DNA of 64,000 nucleotides, taken from assembly GCA_017459965.1 (NCBI GenBank), contig JAFUBW010000014.1, positions 199,174-263,173 on the forward strand. Reading direction: 5' to 3'. The DNA is from Bacilli bacterium (GTDB taxonomy: Bacteria > Bacillota_I > Bacilli_A > RF39 > UBA660). Position 1 is the first letter of the stretch; every line of letters begins with the position of its first letter. Shown here piece by piece: positions 20,404 through 30,813 of the stretch. The notes beneath the pieces were generated by a model. The model ran no database searches, was not told the DNA's origin, and saw only the letters and a program-made list of their open reading frames with translations. Position numbers and translations under genes: made by a program.

Positions 20404-20430
20404 AAAAGAGTTCTAAAATAGAACTCTTTT
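20404..20430 (-). terminator. intrinsic terminator after lon (overlaps the stop codon)
   Basis: Perfect inverted repeat AAAAGAGTTCTA-AAA-TAGAACTCTTTT. Confidence 0.5.
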
Positions 20431-22738
20431 ACTTAAATAAATAATTAAATATTTCAATATAATTATCTACATATATTATATTTATATTATTTTTTACTTC
20501 TTTAGGTATTTCATTTTCATCATATTTATTACCTTTTGGTAAAAATATTGTCTTAATACCTGAATTAAATGCAGCGATTGTTTTTTCTTTTAAACCACCT
20601 ATTGCAAGTATGTTACCATTTAATGTTATTTCTCCAGTCATACCAATAGTTTTATCTACTTTTTTATTTAAGAATGTACTTATAATAGAAGTTACTAGTG
20701 TTACACCTGCGGATGGTCCATCTTTTGGAATAGCCCCATTAATAGCATTTATATGTATATCATTTTCTTCTAATTTTTTTATATCTATATTAAATTCTTT
20801 ATGATTAGATTTAACATAACCTATTGCAACCGATGCACTTTCTTTCATAACATCTCCTAGTGAACCTGTCATTATTATATTACCTTTTCCTTTATAATAT
20901 GCTGATTCAATTGGAAGAATGCTACCACCATACATTGTATATGCAAGACCATTAACTACACCTTTAGAATTAGTTATTTCTGAATCTAAATCATATTTTT
21001 TCTTACCTAAATAATTTTCTATATTTTCTTTTGTAATAACTACTTTTACTCTTTTATTTGTTTCAACTATTTCTTTAGCAACTTTTCTCATTATTGAAGA
21101 AAGTACTCTTTCTAAATCTCTTACGCCTGCTTCCTTTGTATAATTTGAAATAATATATTTAATCATATCATCATCAATTGTTAAATTAGATTTAGTAAGA
21201 CCATGTTCTTTTAACAACTTACTCATCATATAATTTTTAGCAATATCTAATTTTTCAAATACTGTATAAGTAGATAAATTTATTATTTCAAGTCTATCTC
21301 TTAAGGCATATGGAATATCTTCTAAAGTATTAGCAGTTAATATAAACATAACTTTTGATAAATCAAATGCTTCTTCAATATAGTTATCATAAAACATATT
21401 ATTTTGGCTTTGATCTAACACTTCTAAAAGAGCAGAAGCTGGATCTCCTTTTATATCTTTAGTCATTTTATCTATTTCATCAATTAAGAATACTGGATTG
21501 GATACTTTAGCTTTTATCATACCATTTATAATTCTTCCAGGTTCAGAACCTAAATAAGTTCTTCTATGACCTATTATTTCTGCCTCGTCATTAACACCAC
21601 CAACTGATATTTTAACAAATTCTCTATTTAATGCATTTGCGATTGATAAAGCAAGAGATGTTTTACCAACACCAGGAGGACCCACTAAACATATAATTGG
21701 GCTTTTTATTGATTTAGTAAGTTCTTTTACTGATATGTATTCAAGTATTCTACTTTTTACTTTTTCAAGACCAAAATGTGTATTATCAAGCGCCTTTTCT
21801 ATTTTTGTTATATTTTTAATATCTTTAGTATAAATACCAAAAGGAAGTGATAACATTGTATCAATATAATTTTTAACTATTGATATTTCTGGTGATGTAG
21901 GTGGAAGCATTTCATATTTATTTATTTCTTTATATAATTTTTCTTTAATATTATCAGCGCAATTTAATTTAGAAACACTTTCCTTTAATGAATTAATTTC
22001 TTCATCTTTTGAAAAATCTTCACCTAATTCTTTTTTTATAATATTTAGCTTTTCTCTTAATATAAAGTCTCTTTGTGATTTATCTAAATTTTCTTGAACT
22101 TCTTTTTCTAAATTTCTTTCTATTTGAGATATACTTTTTTCATTATTTATTAATTCAAGTAGTAATTTTGATCTTTTTATTGGACTAAGTTCATATATAA
22201 ATTTATTCTTATTTTCATAGTTAAGTGGAAGCATATTACAAATAATATCTGTTAATCTATCTAGTGAATTTTCTTCATTTATTTTTATAATAATATTATT
22301 AGAAATATTTGGCATTAATGAAATATATGACGCAAATTCTTTTTTTAGTATTCTAAGAGATGCCTCTTCTTCATTCATATTTTCATTAATTATATTCGCA
22401 GGCCCTATAATAGCGCTTAAATCAATATCGCTGTTTTTAACATATTCATATATATTAGTTCTATTTACACCTGTGATAGTAATTCTAATATGGTTATTAG
22501 GAAGTTCAAAATTACTAGTTATCTTCCCTATTATTCCCATATGAGGTAAATCATCTAATGATAATTCTTCGTCTGATAAACAAAAAGGTGAAATTAAAAT
22601 AACATAACTATCATGTTCTTTAATAGAATTAGAAATAATAATTTTATCTGGTTCATTAGATATTTCTAATTTTATTTCACCATGAGGTAATAAAACAAGA
22701 TTTCTTAAGATAACAACTGGTAGTTTAGTCTTTATCAT
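20429..22738 (-). CDS. lon: Lon protease
   Basis: N-terminal Lon domain, AAA+ GPPGVGKTS, proteolytic DGPSAGV and the catalytic lysine region. 769 aa. Confidence 0.9.
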   Translation of the reverse strand: MIKTKLPVVILRNLVLLPHGEIKLEISNEPDKIIISNSIKEHDSYVILISPFCLSDEELSLDDLPHMGIIGKITSNFELPNNHIRITITGVNRTNIYEYVKNSDIDLSAIIGPANIINENMNEEEASLRILKKEFASYISLMPNISNNIIIKINEENSLDRLTDIICNMLPLNYENKNKFIYELSPIKRSKLLLELINNEKSISQIERNLEKEVQENLDKSQRDFILREKLNIIKKELGEDFSKDEEINSLKESVSKLNCADNIKEKLYKEINKYEMLPPTSPEISIVKNYIDTMLSLPFGIYTKDIKNITKIEKALDNTHFGLEKVKSRILEYISVKELTKSIKSPIICLVGPPGVGKTSLALSIANALNREFVKISVGGVNDEAEIIGHRRTYLGSEPGRIINGMIKAKVSNPVFLIDEIDKMTKDIKGDPASALLEVLDQSQNNMFYDNYIEEAFDLSKVMFILTANTLEDIPYALRDRLEIINLSTYTVFEKLDIAKNYMMSKLLKEHGLTKSNLTIDDDMIKYIISNYTKEAGVRDLERVLSSIMRKVAKEIVETNKRVKVVITKENIENYLGKKKYDLDSEITNSKGVVNGLAYTMYGGSILPIESAYYKGKGNIIMTGSLGDVMKESASVAIGYVKSNHKEFNIDIKKLEENDIHINAINGAIPKDGPSAGVTLVTSIISTFLNKKVDKTIGMTGEITLNGNILAIGGLKEKTIAAFNSGIKTIFLPKGNKYDENEIPKEVKNNINIIYVDNYIEIFNYLFK

Positions 22739-22812
22739 GTTTTATACCTCCTTAACAATAGTTTTTTTAAATAACAATGTTTATTATAATTTAAATAAAA
22801 AAATTGTCAATA

Positions 22813-22840
22813 AAAAAAGACTAAATAATTAGTCTTTTAT
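22813..22840 (-). terminator. intrinsic terminator after tig (the stop codon lies inside the stem)
   Basis: Minus strand AAAAGACTAA-TTAT-TTAGTCTTTTTTT. Confidence 0.5.
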
Positions 22841-24073
22841 TACATCTAATGCTTTTTGCATTTGCATATCATATTTAAGCATTTGTATTCCACCATATTC
22901 TTTTAATAAATCTTCTTTTTTCATATTATATTGTTTTGCGATTTCTTCAGCATGTTCTTCTGCTTCTTTATCAGATATTTCAATATTTTCAAGTTTTACT
23001 ATTTCTTCTAATATGAATCTATATTTTACTCTTTTTTCTGCCTCTGGTGTCATTTGCTCAATAAGTGCATGTTCATCTGAATTTGTAAATTGATAGAACA
23101 TTTCAAGAGTTATTCCTTGCATTTTTAATTGTTCTTCATAGTTATGTACCATATGATGTGCTTCTTCATGAACTAATTCTTCAGGAAGTTCAACCTCTGT
23201 ATTTTTAGCTACTTCTTCAAGTAATTGATCTACATATTTATTTTCATTTTCATAGTCTTTTTTAGCTTCTAAATCCACTTTTATTAAATCTCTTAATTGT
23301 TCTTCATTTTCTACTTTATCATAACCTAGATCTTTAAAGAATTCTTCATTCATTTCAGGAAGTTCTTTAGTTTTTACTTCATGTACTTTAACTTTAAATA
23401 CTGCTTTTTGTCCTTTTAATTCTTCTGATGCATATTCTTCTGGGAATGTAACAAGTACATCTTTTTCATCACCTGCTTTAAGACCAATTAATTGTTCTTC
23501 AAATCCAGGAATAAATGTATTACTACCTATAACTAGTGGATAGTTTTCTCCTTTACCACCTTCAAATGCTACATCATCTTTAAATCCTTCAAAATCAATA
23601 ACAGCTGTATCACCATTTTCAATTTTTCCATCTTTTATAACCATATCAGCATATTGCTCTCTTAAATGTTCTATTTGATGATCTATTTCTTCTTTAGTTA
23701 CTTTTGCTTTTTCTTTTTTTACATTTAAACCTTTATATTTTTTTATTTTAACTTCTGGTTTAGTAGTTATTTTAAATATAAATGTTACACTTTCTTCATT
23801 TATTTCTTTAATATCAATACTAGGTTGAATTATTGGAACTAAATCTTTATTTTCTTTAAAAACTTTATCATATGCATCTGGAAGAACTATATTAATAGCT
23901 TCTTCATATAAAGATTCTTTACCAAATTTCTTTTCAAATATATTTCTTGGAACCATACCTTTTCTAAATCCATCAACTTTTACATTATTTTTTGCTTTTT
24001 CAAAAGATTTATCAAGAGCTTTTGTCCATTCTTCTTTTTCTATTTTTACTTCTATTTCATGTATGTTTTTCAT
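22829..24073 (-). CDS. tig: trigger factor
   Basis: N-terminal ribosome-binding region, FKBP-type PPIase core, acidic C-terminal domain. 414 aa. Confidence 0.9.
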   Translation of the reverse strand: MKNIHEIEVKIEKEEWTKALDKSFEKAKNNVKVDGFRKGMVPRNIFEKKFGKESLYEEAINIVLPDAYDKVFKENKDLVPIIQPSIDIKEINEESVTFIFKITTKPEVKIKKYKGLNVKKEKAKVTKEEIDHQIEHLREQYADMVIKDGKIENGDTAVIDFEGFKDDVAFEGGKGENYPLVIGSNTFIPGFEEQLIGLKAGDEKDVLVTFPEEYASEELKGQKAVFKVKVHEVKTKELPEMNEEFFKDLGYDKVENEEQLRDLIKVDLEAKKDYENENKYVDQLLEEVAKNTEVELPEELVHEEAHHMVHNYEEQLKMQGITLEMFYQFTNSDEHALIEQMTPEAEKRVKYRFILEEIVKLENIEISDKEAEEHAEEIAKQYNMKKEDLLKEYGGIQMLKYDMQMQKALDVIKD

Positions 24074-24167
24074 TTTATCCCTCCAACAAAAATCTACTAT
24101 ATTATATAATAATTTTATTTTAATATCAAGAAAAAAAGCAATATTAATTGCTTTATGTGTAAATAAA

Positions 24168-24647
24168 TTATTTTATTGATACTATTTGTACATCATAGCT
24201 TCCATTTGGACTTTCTACTGATGCGATATCATTTACTTTTTTACCTATTATTGCTTTTGCGATTGGTGATGAATTAGATATCTTATTTTCAAATGGATCT
24301 GCTTCTGTAGAACCTACAATTTTATATTCTTCTACTTCATCATCATCAATATACTTTATTTCTACTGTAGATCCAATTCTAACTTCAGAATTATCTCCTT
24401 CTTTAATTACAGTAGCATTTTCTATTAAATATTCAAGTTCTCTTATTCTTGATTCTACTTGTGATTGTTTATCTTTTGCAGCATGATATTCAGCATTTTC
24501 AGATAAATCACCAAGTGCTCTTGCTTCTTTAATAGCATTTATTACTTCAGGTCTAACATTAACTGTTAAATCTTCTAATTCATTTTTTAATTCTTGTAAG
24601 CCTTCTTCTGTTACAAAGTGTTCTTCTTTAGATGTCAATTTAATCAC
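24168..24647 (-). CDS. greA: transcription elongation factor GreA
   Basis: N-terminal coiled-coil with DLSENAEY and a C-terminal FKBP-like domain. 159 aa. Confidence 0.9.
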   Translation of the reverse strand: MIKLTSKEEHFVTEEGLQELKNELEDLTVNVRPEVINAIKEARALGDLSENAEYHAAKDKQSQVESRIRELEYLIENATVIKEGDNSEVRIGSTVEIKYIDDDEVEEYKIVGSTEADPFENKISNSSPIAKAIIGKKVNDIASVESPNGSYDVQIVSIK

Positions 24648-24726
24648 CTCTTATTAATAACTTTTTTAAGCATGAAGAAATAATACTACATTTTATACAT
24701 TTTGTCAACGAACATATTAAATTTTT

Positions 24727-25929
24727 TTATTCATCAAAGAAATTTATTCTAATTAAATCATTTTTTTCTACTTTTTTCATGCATGGAATTCTTAATATTT
24801 CTTTAGGATGTCTAGCAGCATCTATCATTTCTTCTTCTGTATTTTTAATATATTCAACCTTTATATTAAATGATTCTTTATTTGGCCCAAATATATTAAT
24901 AATATCCCCTTTTTTAAAGAAATTTCTTTGCTCTAATATAATTTCTTTTGCTTTTTCATCATAATCAAGGACTACGCCTAAGAAATCTTGATTAGATACT
25001 TCATCTCTTCCTATATAGTATTGTTCTTTTTCAGTAGGAAATGAATTAAAATATTGATCTATAGTTTCTCTATTAGCACATCTATATAATTCTTTTTCTA
25101 ATTTTTTATCATATTTATAATTCTCTTTATCAGATATATATTTATCTATTACCATTCTATATATTCTAACTAAAGTAGCTATATAATATATAGATTTCAT
25201 TCTACCTTCTATTTTTAAAGAAGTTACACCCATATCTATTAAATCTGGAATATATTTTAAAAGAGATAAATCTTTAGGAGAAATTGCAAATTCATTATCT
25301 GATACTTTCTTTTTATATTCATCATATAAATCAAAAGTCCATCTACATACCTGAGCACATCCACCTCTATTTGAATCTCTATTAGTCATATAATTTGAAA
25401 GAAGACACCTTCCAGAGAAACATGTACACATCGCACCATGTATAAATACCTCTGTATCTATTTTTTCATTAATTATTGCTTTTATAGTTTCTTTATCACA
25501 TTCTCTTGCGAGTACAACTCTTTTTACTCCTATTTTTTTATAAAACTTAGCTGCCTCATTATTTAATGTAGAAGCTTGCGTACTTAAATGAAATTCTAAT
25601 TTAATATTATTTTCTTTTAGTAAATCAAGTATAAATATGTCTGATGCGATTATAGCATCTACATTGGCATTTTCAAGTTCTTTTAAATAATCTATAAGAC
25701 CATCAAAATCATCTTCATGAAATACAATATTTACAGTTACATATACTTTTGCATTATTCTCATGAGCATATTTTACTCCCTCTTTTATTTCATCAATTGT
25801 AAAATTAGTAGCATTTGCCCTAAGTGAAAAATTTTTACCACCTATGTATACAGCATCTGCACCATAAAAAATAGCCCATTTTAATTTTTCTAAGTCACCA
25901 GCTGGTGCGAGTAGTTCTATCTTATTCAT
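24727..25929 (-). CDS. peptidase U32 family protein (YrrO-like; tRNA ho5U synthesis family)
   Basis: N-terminal LLAPAGDLEKLKWAIFYGADAVYIGG and cysteine-rich centre typical of U32. Synteny with yrrM/yrrN. Confidence 0.75.
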   Translation of the reverse strand: MNKIELLAPAGDLEKLKWAIFYGADAVYIGGKNFSLRANATNFTIDEIKEGVKYAHENNAKVYVTVNIVFHEDDFDGLIDYLKELENANVDAIIASDIFILDLLKENNIKLEFHLSTQASTLNNEAAKFYKKIGVKRVVLARECDKETIKAIINEKIDTEVFIHGAMCTCFSGRCLLSNYMTNRDSNRGGCAQVCRWTFDLYDEYKKKVSDNEFAISPKDLSLLKYIPDLIDMGVTSLKIEGRMKSIYYIATLVRIYRMVIDKYISDKENYKYDKKLEKELYRCANRETIDQYFNSFPTEKEQYYIGRDEVSNQDFLGVVLDYDEKAKEIILEQRNFFKKGDIINIFGPNKESFNIKVEYIKNTEEEMIDAARHPKEILRIPCMKKVEKNDLIRINFFDE

Positions 25930-26824
25930 CTTTCTTCACCTTATATATAGTTTTATTATTTAAAAAACCATTATCAGTTTCATTAAACATATTAGAATCA
26001 ATTACTTTTTTTAATTTTTCAGCAAATGCTTCATCATTAGGATGATTTTTAAGTGCAACAAATGCTTCAATTATATTATAAAAACTATTTTCATTTATCA
26101 TATAATCATCTAAATAAATCATACAATCAATATTATTATTTATTAATTTTTTATATTCCATTATTCCATTTAATACTTTACTTGAGAAAAAATTAGTATA
26201 ATCAGATTCAACTATTGGATAAAATTCTTTAGTTATTTTTTCATACATATAATACTTTTTATTTGAATCTTTATTTATATTAAAATTATTAAAATAATTT
26301 GTTATTAAACTTCTTGAAGAAGTTGCCATATTTGTATATCCAAACAATTTAATAATAGCTTTAGAATTAGTATTTTTTGTTATTTTAATAAATTCATCAA
26401 GTGTTATTTGAGGGGTAATGATATAGCCATATAATCCCCTTTTTTCGTAAAAATTAATACTTTTTGAATTTGTTACCATTTTACTATGCCATATTAATTT
26501 AATATCTAAATTATTTTCTTTTACTATATTAAAAACAGCAATATCAGAAAATATTATTGCTTCTATATTTAATTTGCTTAATTTTTTTAATAATTTTTTT
26601 AAATCATCTATTTGATTATTAAAATATAATTTATTTAACATTATATATACTTTATGATTATTTTTATTTATGTCATCAATTACTTTTTTTAAATTTGATT
26701 CTTTAATGTAATGATTAAAATTTTCACTAAAATTTTCAATTCCCATAGCAAAACCATCAATTTTATTTTCTGAAAAAAATTTAAAATTTTCCTTCGTAGG
26801 CAATGATACTATTATATTATTCAT
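25922..26824 (-). CDS. peptidase U32-family-like protein (YrrN-like)
   Basis: Position and size match yrrN between yrrO and yrrM. Weak N-terminal U32-like similarity. Confidence 0.55.
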   Translation of the reverse strand: MNNIIVSLPTKENFKFFSENKIDGFAMGIENFSENFNHYIKESNLKKVIDDINKNNHKVYIMLNKLYFNNQIDDLKKLLKKLSKLNIEAIIFSDIAVFNIVKENNLDIKLIWHSKMVTNSKSINFYEKRGLYGYIITPQITLDEFIKITKNTNSKAIIKLFGYTNMATSSRSLITNYFNNFNINKDSNKKYYMYEKITKEFYPIVESDYTNFFSSKVLNGIMEYKKLINNNIDCMIYLDDYMINENSFYNIIEAFVALKNHPNDEAFAEKLKKVIDSNMFNETDNGFLNNKTIYKVKKDE

Positions 26825-27416
26825 CTACTTCACCTTTTTTATATGTAATTGCAAGCCCATCTCCAACTTTGTAAAATTTAGTTTCATACTCATCATTTTC
26901 TTTTAAAAATTCTATATATTTTATAAGTTTACCAACAAGTTGTCTTAGATTTCTATTTTCAATTTTATCATAGTTTTCTACATGTCCATGAAATTCGATA
27001 TTATCACTTATAACAAATCCATCATCTACTAAATTTTCTTTATATTTATTAAAGAAATTTAAATATTGACCTTTTGCTGCATCAATAAAAATCATATCAT
27101 ATTTTCCTTCTAATTCTAAGTTTAATGCATCACCTAATATTAATGATATTCTTTTATCTAAATTACATTTTTTAATATTTTTAATTGCTTCAATATATTT
27201 ATCTTGATCTCTTTCTATTGAAACTATTTCAATATTTTCATCTACTAAAGCCATGTTAATAGCTGAATATCCTATGGCTGTTCCTATTTCTAAGATTCTT
27301 TTAATATTATTTTTTTTAATAAATTTACATAAAAAAGTCATGCTTCTTTTCTGCATGATAGGTACAGAATTTTCTTCCGCATATTTTTCCATTTCTTTAA
27401 TTACATCATTATACAT
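26817..27416 (-). CDS. class I SAM-dependent O-methyltransferase (YrrM/TrmR-like)
   Basis: Family-3 O-MTase motifs ILEIGTAIGYSAI and IFIDAAKGQY. Confidence 0.75.
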   Translation of the reverse strand: MYNDVIKEMEKYAEENSVPIMQKRSMTFLCKFIKKNNIKRILEIGTAIGYSAINMALVDENIEIVSIERDQDKYIEAIKNIKKCNLDKRISLILGDALNLELEGKYDMIFIDAAKGQYLNFFNKYKENLVDDGFVISDNIEFHGHVENYDKIENRNLRQLVGKLIKYIEFLKENDEYETKFYKVGDGLAITYKKGEVDE

Positions 27417-27427
27417 CTAAGCACCTC

Positions 27428-27694
27428 TTAATTTTCTTTTGTTAAATACGATAAAATAGCTTCAATCATATTCCATTCTTCTTCAGTATTTATTGATTCA
27501 AGTATTTTTTTAGAATCATCAATAATATATGAAGATGCATATATTTTTTTACTTCCATCTTTATATTTAGTATTATCAGTATATATAAGATAATTTTTTT
27601 CTTTTGTTTCTAAATCACATAATATATCACAAATAATTTTATTACCATTTTCATCTATATATGTAAAATTATTATCATTGGATAATATATTCAT
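27428..27694 (-). CDS. DUF1292 protein (YrzB-like)
   Basis: 88-aa acidic protein with the DENGN...Y...EEEW pattern. Conserved position before ruvX. Confidence 0.6.
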   Translation of the reverse strand: MNILSNDNNFTYIDENGNKIICDILCDLETKEKNYLIYTDNTKYKDGSKKIYASSYIIDDSKKILESINTEEEWNMIEAILSYLTKEN

Positions 27695-27696
27695 AC

Positions 27697-28113
27697 TTAT
27701 ACCTCTTTTCTGTCTAAATAACTTTGAAGTATTATTGTAGCTGCAAGTGCATCAACATTTTCTTTTCTTTTTTTTCTAGAAGTATTGCCTTTTATAAGTA
27801 CATTGTTAGCTTCAACAGAAGATAATCTTTCATCTTGAAGAATAACATTAATACCATTACTTTCTAGCATTTCTTTAAATTTAAGACTTCTTTTGGCAGC
27901 ATAACCTAATGTGTTATTCATATTTTTAGGTAGTCCTAAAACAACAGTTGTAATATTAAATTCATTTATAATTGGTAATAATTTATCTAAAGCATCTTTA
28001 TAATCTTCTTCTTTAAATTTAATTAGATCATATTTAGATGCGATTATACCTAAATTATCAGAAATTGATATACCTAATGTTTTAGTTCCTAAATCCAAAC
28101 CTAGTAATCTCAT
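27697..28113 (-). CDS. ruvX: Holliday-junction resolvase-like RNase (RuvX/YqgF)
   Basis: LGLDLGTKTLGISISD N-terminus and a C-terminal YqgF motif. Confidence 0.85.
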   Translation of the reverse strand: MRLLGLDLGTKTLGISISDNLGIIASKYDLIKFKEEDYKDALDKLLPIINEFNITTVVLGLPKNMNNTLGYAAKRSLKFKEMLESNGINVILQDERLSSVEANNVLIKGNTSRKKRKENVDALAATIILQSYLDRKEV

Positions 28114-28358
28114 TTTGATATATAATTTCTAAGTAAAACTTCTACAATTTGAGTTCTTTCTAACTTAGAAATTTTCTTTCTAGAATCATTGTATGAAGAA
28201 ATATAACCAGGATCTCCACTTATTAAATAACCTACTATTTGATTTATTGGATTATATCCCCTTTCTTCTAAAGAATTATAAACATCTTTAATAGTTTCTT
28301 CAACTAAAACATTATCTATTTCAGATACATCAAATAAAAATGTTGTGTTAGATTCCAT
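28110..28358 (-). CDS. UPF0297/IreB-family protein (YrzL-like)
   Basis: 82 aa with GYNPINQIVGYLISGDPGYI. Conserved position before ruvX. Confidence 0.7.
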   Translation of the reverse strand: MESNTTFLFDVSEIDNVLVEETIKDVYNSLEERGYNPINQIVGYLISGDPGYISSYNDSRKKISKLERTQIVEVLLRNYISK

Positions 28359-28428
28359 AAAATCACCTCATTAATCATATAGTATTATAACATAAAATTA
28401 AATAAAAAGAAATATAACCATATTAATG

Positions 28429-29394
28429 TTATATTTCTCGTTTTTCTATTATTTTTATAATTTTTTTATTTAATGAGTCAATATCTTGTTTAGAATCAAT
28501 ATTATTTTTTTGATTAATTAATATTTTATTTAATTGTAATAGTAAATATCTTCTTTTTTTATTCATATCTTCTGTATTTTTTATTTCTTTTTTATAATAT
28601 TTTTCTTTGTTACCTATAAAATCAAAATTAATTGAATTTAATTTTTCTATTCTCTCTTTAGTTAATATAGATGTCGCGTATTTAATTGTTCCGTTCTTTA
28701 ATTCATCACCTTGATTAAAAATTAATCTTTGTTTATTAACCCAATTCCCAAGTTCACAGTCTTCATAGAATTCACCATAAACAGGTAATAAATTGTCATG
28801 TTCATCCATATATCTTTTTAATGATTCAAAATGTAATAACCATTTATCTTTCTTTTCTTTTTTTATAATTTTAACTGGTTTAGATTCTTTTTTTATAATG
28901 AATCCTATATCATTTAATCTATCTATTCTATCTTTTGATAAATATTTAATTTTTGAATTAAATTCTATTTTTATAGAACCATCTTCTTGAACTAGTCCAT
29001 TTTTAAAAATATTCCTTATATTATTAACCCATGAACCTAAATCATGATGTTTATATATTTCATTTATATTTGGATATCTATTATATTTATTTACAAACTC
29101 ATTTAATAAAGTAATATTATTATCAAACTGTTCTTCTAATGATTCTTTATTCCAATTAAAATTATTAGAATTTAATTTATCTATTTGGTCCCTTGTTAAT
29201 ACATATATTTTATATTTAATAGATCCATCTTCTAATTTTTTACCATTATTGTATATATTTCTTAGAGTATTAATAAATGGTTTAATTCTTATACCTTTAT
29301 ATATTTCATTAATTCTTGGATCAATATTAGATGATTGTTTTAAATAATCAATAGTAATATCTATTTTTTTATCAAATTTATCAATACTAGCCAT
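28429..29394 (-). CDS. standalone helicase-associated (HA) domain protein with three HA repeats
   Basis: Three repeats of the HA-domain pattern (LGSWVNNIRNIFKNG...LSKDRIDRLNDIGF, CELGNWVNKQRLIFNQG...LTKERIEKLNSINF, and a third). Own RBS AAAGGGGG and an upstream TATAAT-like box. Confidence 0.6.
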   Translation of the reverse strand: MASIDKFDKKIDITIDYLKQSSNIDPRINEIYKGIRIKPFINTLRNIYNNGKKLEDGSIKYKIYVLTRDQIDKLNSNNFNWNKESLEEQFDNNITLLNEFVNKYNRYPNINEIYKHHDLGSWVNNIRNIFKNGLVQEDGSIKIEFNSKIKYLSKDRIDRLNDIGFIIKKESKPVKIIKKEKKDKWLLHFESLKRYMDEHDNLLPVYGEFYEDCELGNWVNKQRLIFNQGDELKNGTIKYATSILTKERIEKLNSINFDFIGNKEKYYKKEIKNTEDMNKKRRYLLLQLNKILINQKNNIDSKQDIDSLNKKIIKIIEKREI

Positions 29395-29457
29395 ATTAAC
29401 CCCCTTTTTTTGTGTGTTATATTATACTTAAAATTCAAAAAAAGTCAAAAAAAAGAC

Positions 29458-30774
29458 TTAAATCTTTTCTGCTAAATAAATATCATTTTCATATTTTAAT
29501 AATTTAACTTTTATTATTTTATTTAAGTCTTCTTTATTTCCTTTAAATTTTACTTTACCATAATTGGATAAATGTCCAATAACATATTCATCATCTATAG
29601 TTTCAGAAAGTACATAGTCTATATTATTAATATATTTTTTATAATAATTATTTTTTAATTCTTCTGAAATATTAATCAATTCTTTTACTCTTTGTTTTTT
29701 AATATTACCATTTATTTGACCATTCATTGATGCAGCTTTAGTTCCTTCTCTTTTTGAATATGGGAACACATGAAGTTCAACAAATTCTATTTTTTTAATA
29801 TTTTCTTTTGTTATATTAAAGTCTTCTTCTGTTTCATTTGGGAATCCTACAATAACATCAGTTGTTATTGCCATATCAGGTCTTATTTCTCTTATTTTAT
29901 TAATTTTATCTATATAATAATTAATATCATATCTTCTATTCATTAATTTTAATATCTTATCACATCCAGATTGAAGTGGAATATGTATATGATTTACTAT
30001 TTTTTTACTATTTCTTAACACATTTAAAAATTTATCAGTTAGTTCAACAATTTCTATTGATGATATTCTAATTCTTTCAAGTCCATCTATTTTCTCAAGT
30101 TCTAATAATAAATCAGAAAAATCATATTCTTTTAAGTCTTGTCCATAATGCCCTGTATGGATACCTGTTAAAACTACTTCTTTATATCCATTTTTTACAA
30201 GTGATTTTACTTCATCTATAACATACTCTTTTTTCTTACTTCTTACATTACCTCTTGCATAAGGTATAATACAAAATGAACAATAATTATTACATCCATC
30301 TTGTATTTTTACGAATGCTCTTGTATGATTTTCAAATTTATCTATATACATATCTTCAAATGTAGTATTTTCTATATTTTGAATATTTATAAATTCTTCT
30401 TTATCTTTTAAATATTTTTCAACAAGTTCAACTACTTTATTTTTATCTTTATTACCTATTACAATAGATACTCCATCTATATCTTTTATAATATCTGATT
30501 TCATTTGACTATAGCAACCCATAACTACTACAATAGCATTTTTATTTTTACATGCTTGTCTAATTATCTTTCTAGATTTTTGATCTGATGTATTAGTAAC
30601 ACTACATGTATTAATAATATAAATATCTGCTTTATCATTAAAATCTACTATTTTATATCCTTTTTTCTTAAATTCATTTATTAAAAATTCTATTTCATAA
30701 GCATTAACTTTACATCCAAGTGTATAAAAACCAACTTTCATATAATCACCTTCTTTTTTAAAAGAAAAAAACAA
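29458..30774 (-). CDS. mtaB: tRNA threonylcarbamoyladenosine methylthiotransferase MtaB (YqeV-like)
   Basis: MTTase N-domain, radical-SAM CNNYCSFCIIPYARG, TRAM C-terminus. 438 aa. Confidence 0.8.
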   Translation of the reverse strand: MFFSFKKEGDYMKVGFYTLGCKVNAYEIEFLINEFKKKGYKIVDFNDKADIYIINTCSVTNTSDQKSRKIIRQACKNKNAIVVVMGCYSQMKSDIIKDIDGVSIVIGNKDKNKVVELVEKYLKDKEEFINIQNIENTTFEDMYIDKFENHTRAFVKIQDGCNNYCSFCIIPYARGNVRSKKKEYVIDEVKSLVKNGYKEVVLTGIHTGHYGQDLKEYDFSDLLLELEKIDGLERIRISSIEIVELTDKFLNVLRNSKKIVNHIHIPLQSGCDKILKLMNRRYDINYYIDKINKIREIRPDMAITTDVIVGFPNETEEDFNITKENIKKIEFVELHVFPYSKREGTKAASMNGQINGNIKKQRVKELINISEELKNNYYKKYINNIDYVLSETIDDEYVIGHLSNYGKVKFKGNKEDLNKIIKVKLLKYENDIYLAEKI

Positions 30775-30813
30775 TAATAATTATTGTTTTAATATATTAT
30801 CATAACTTTTTTA

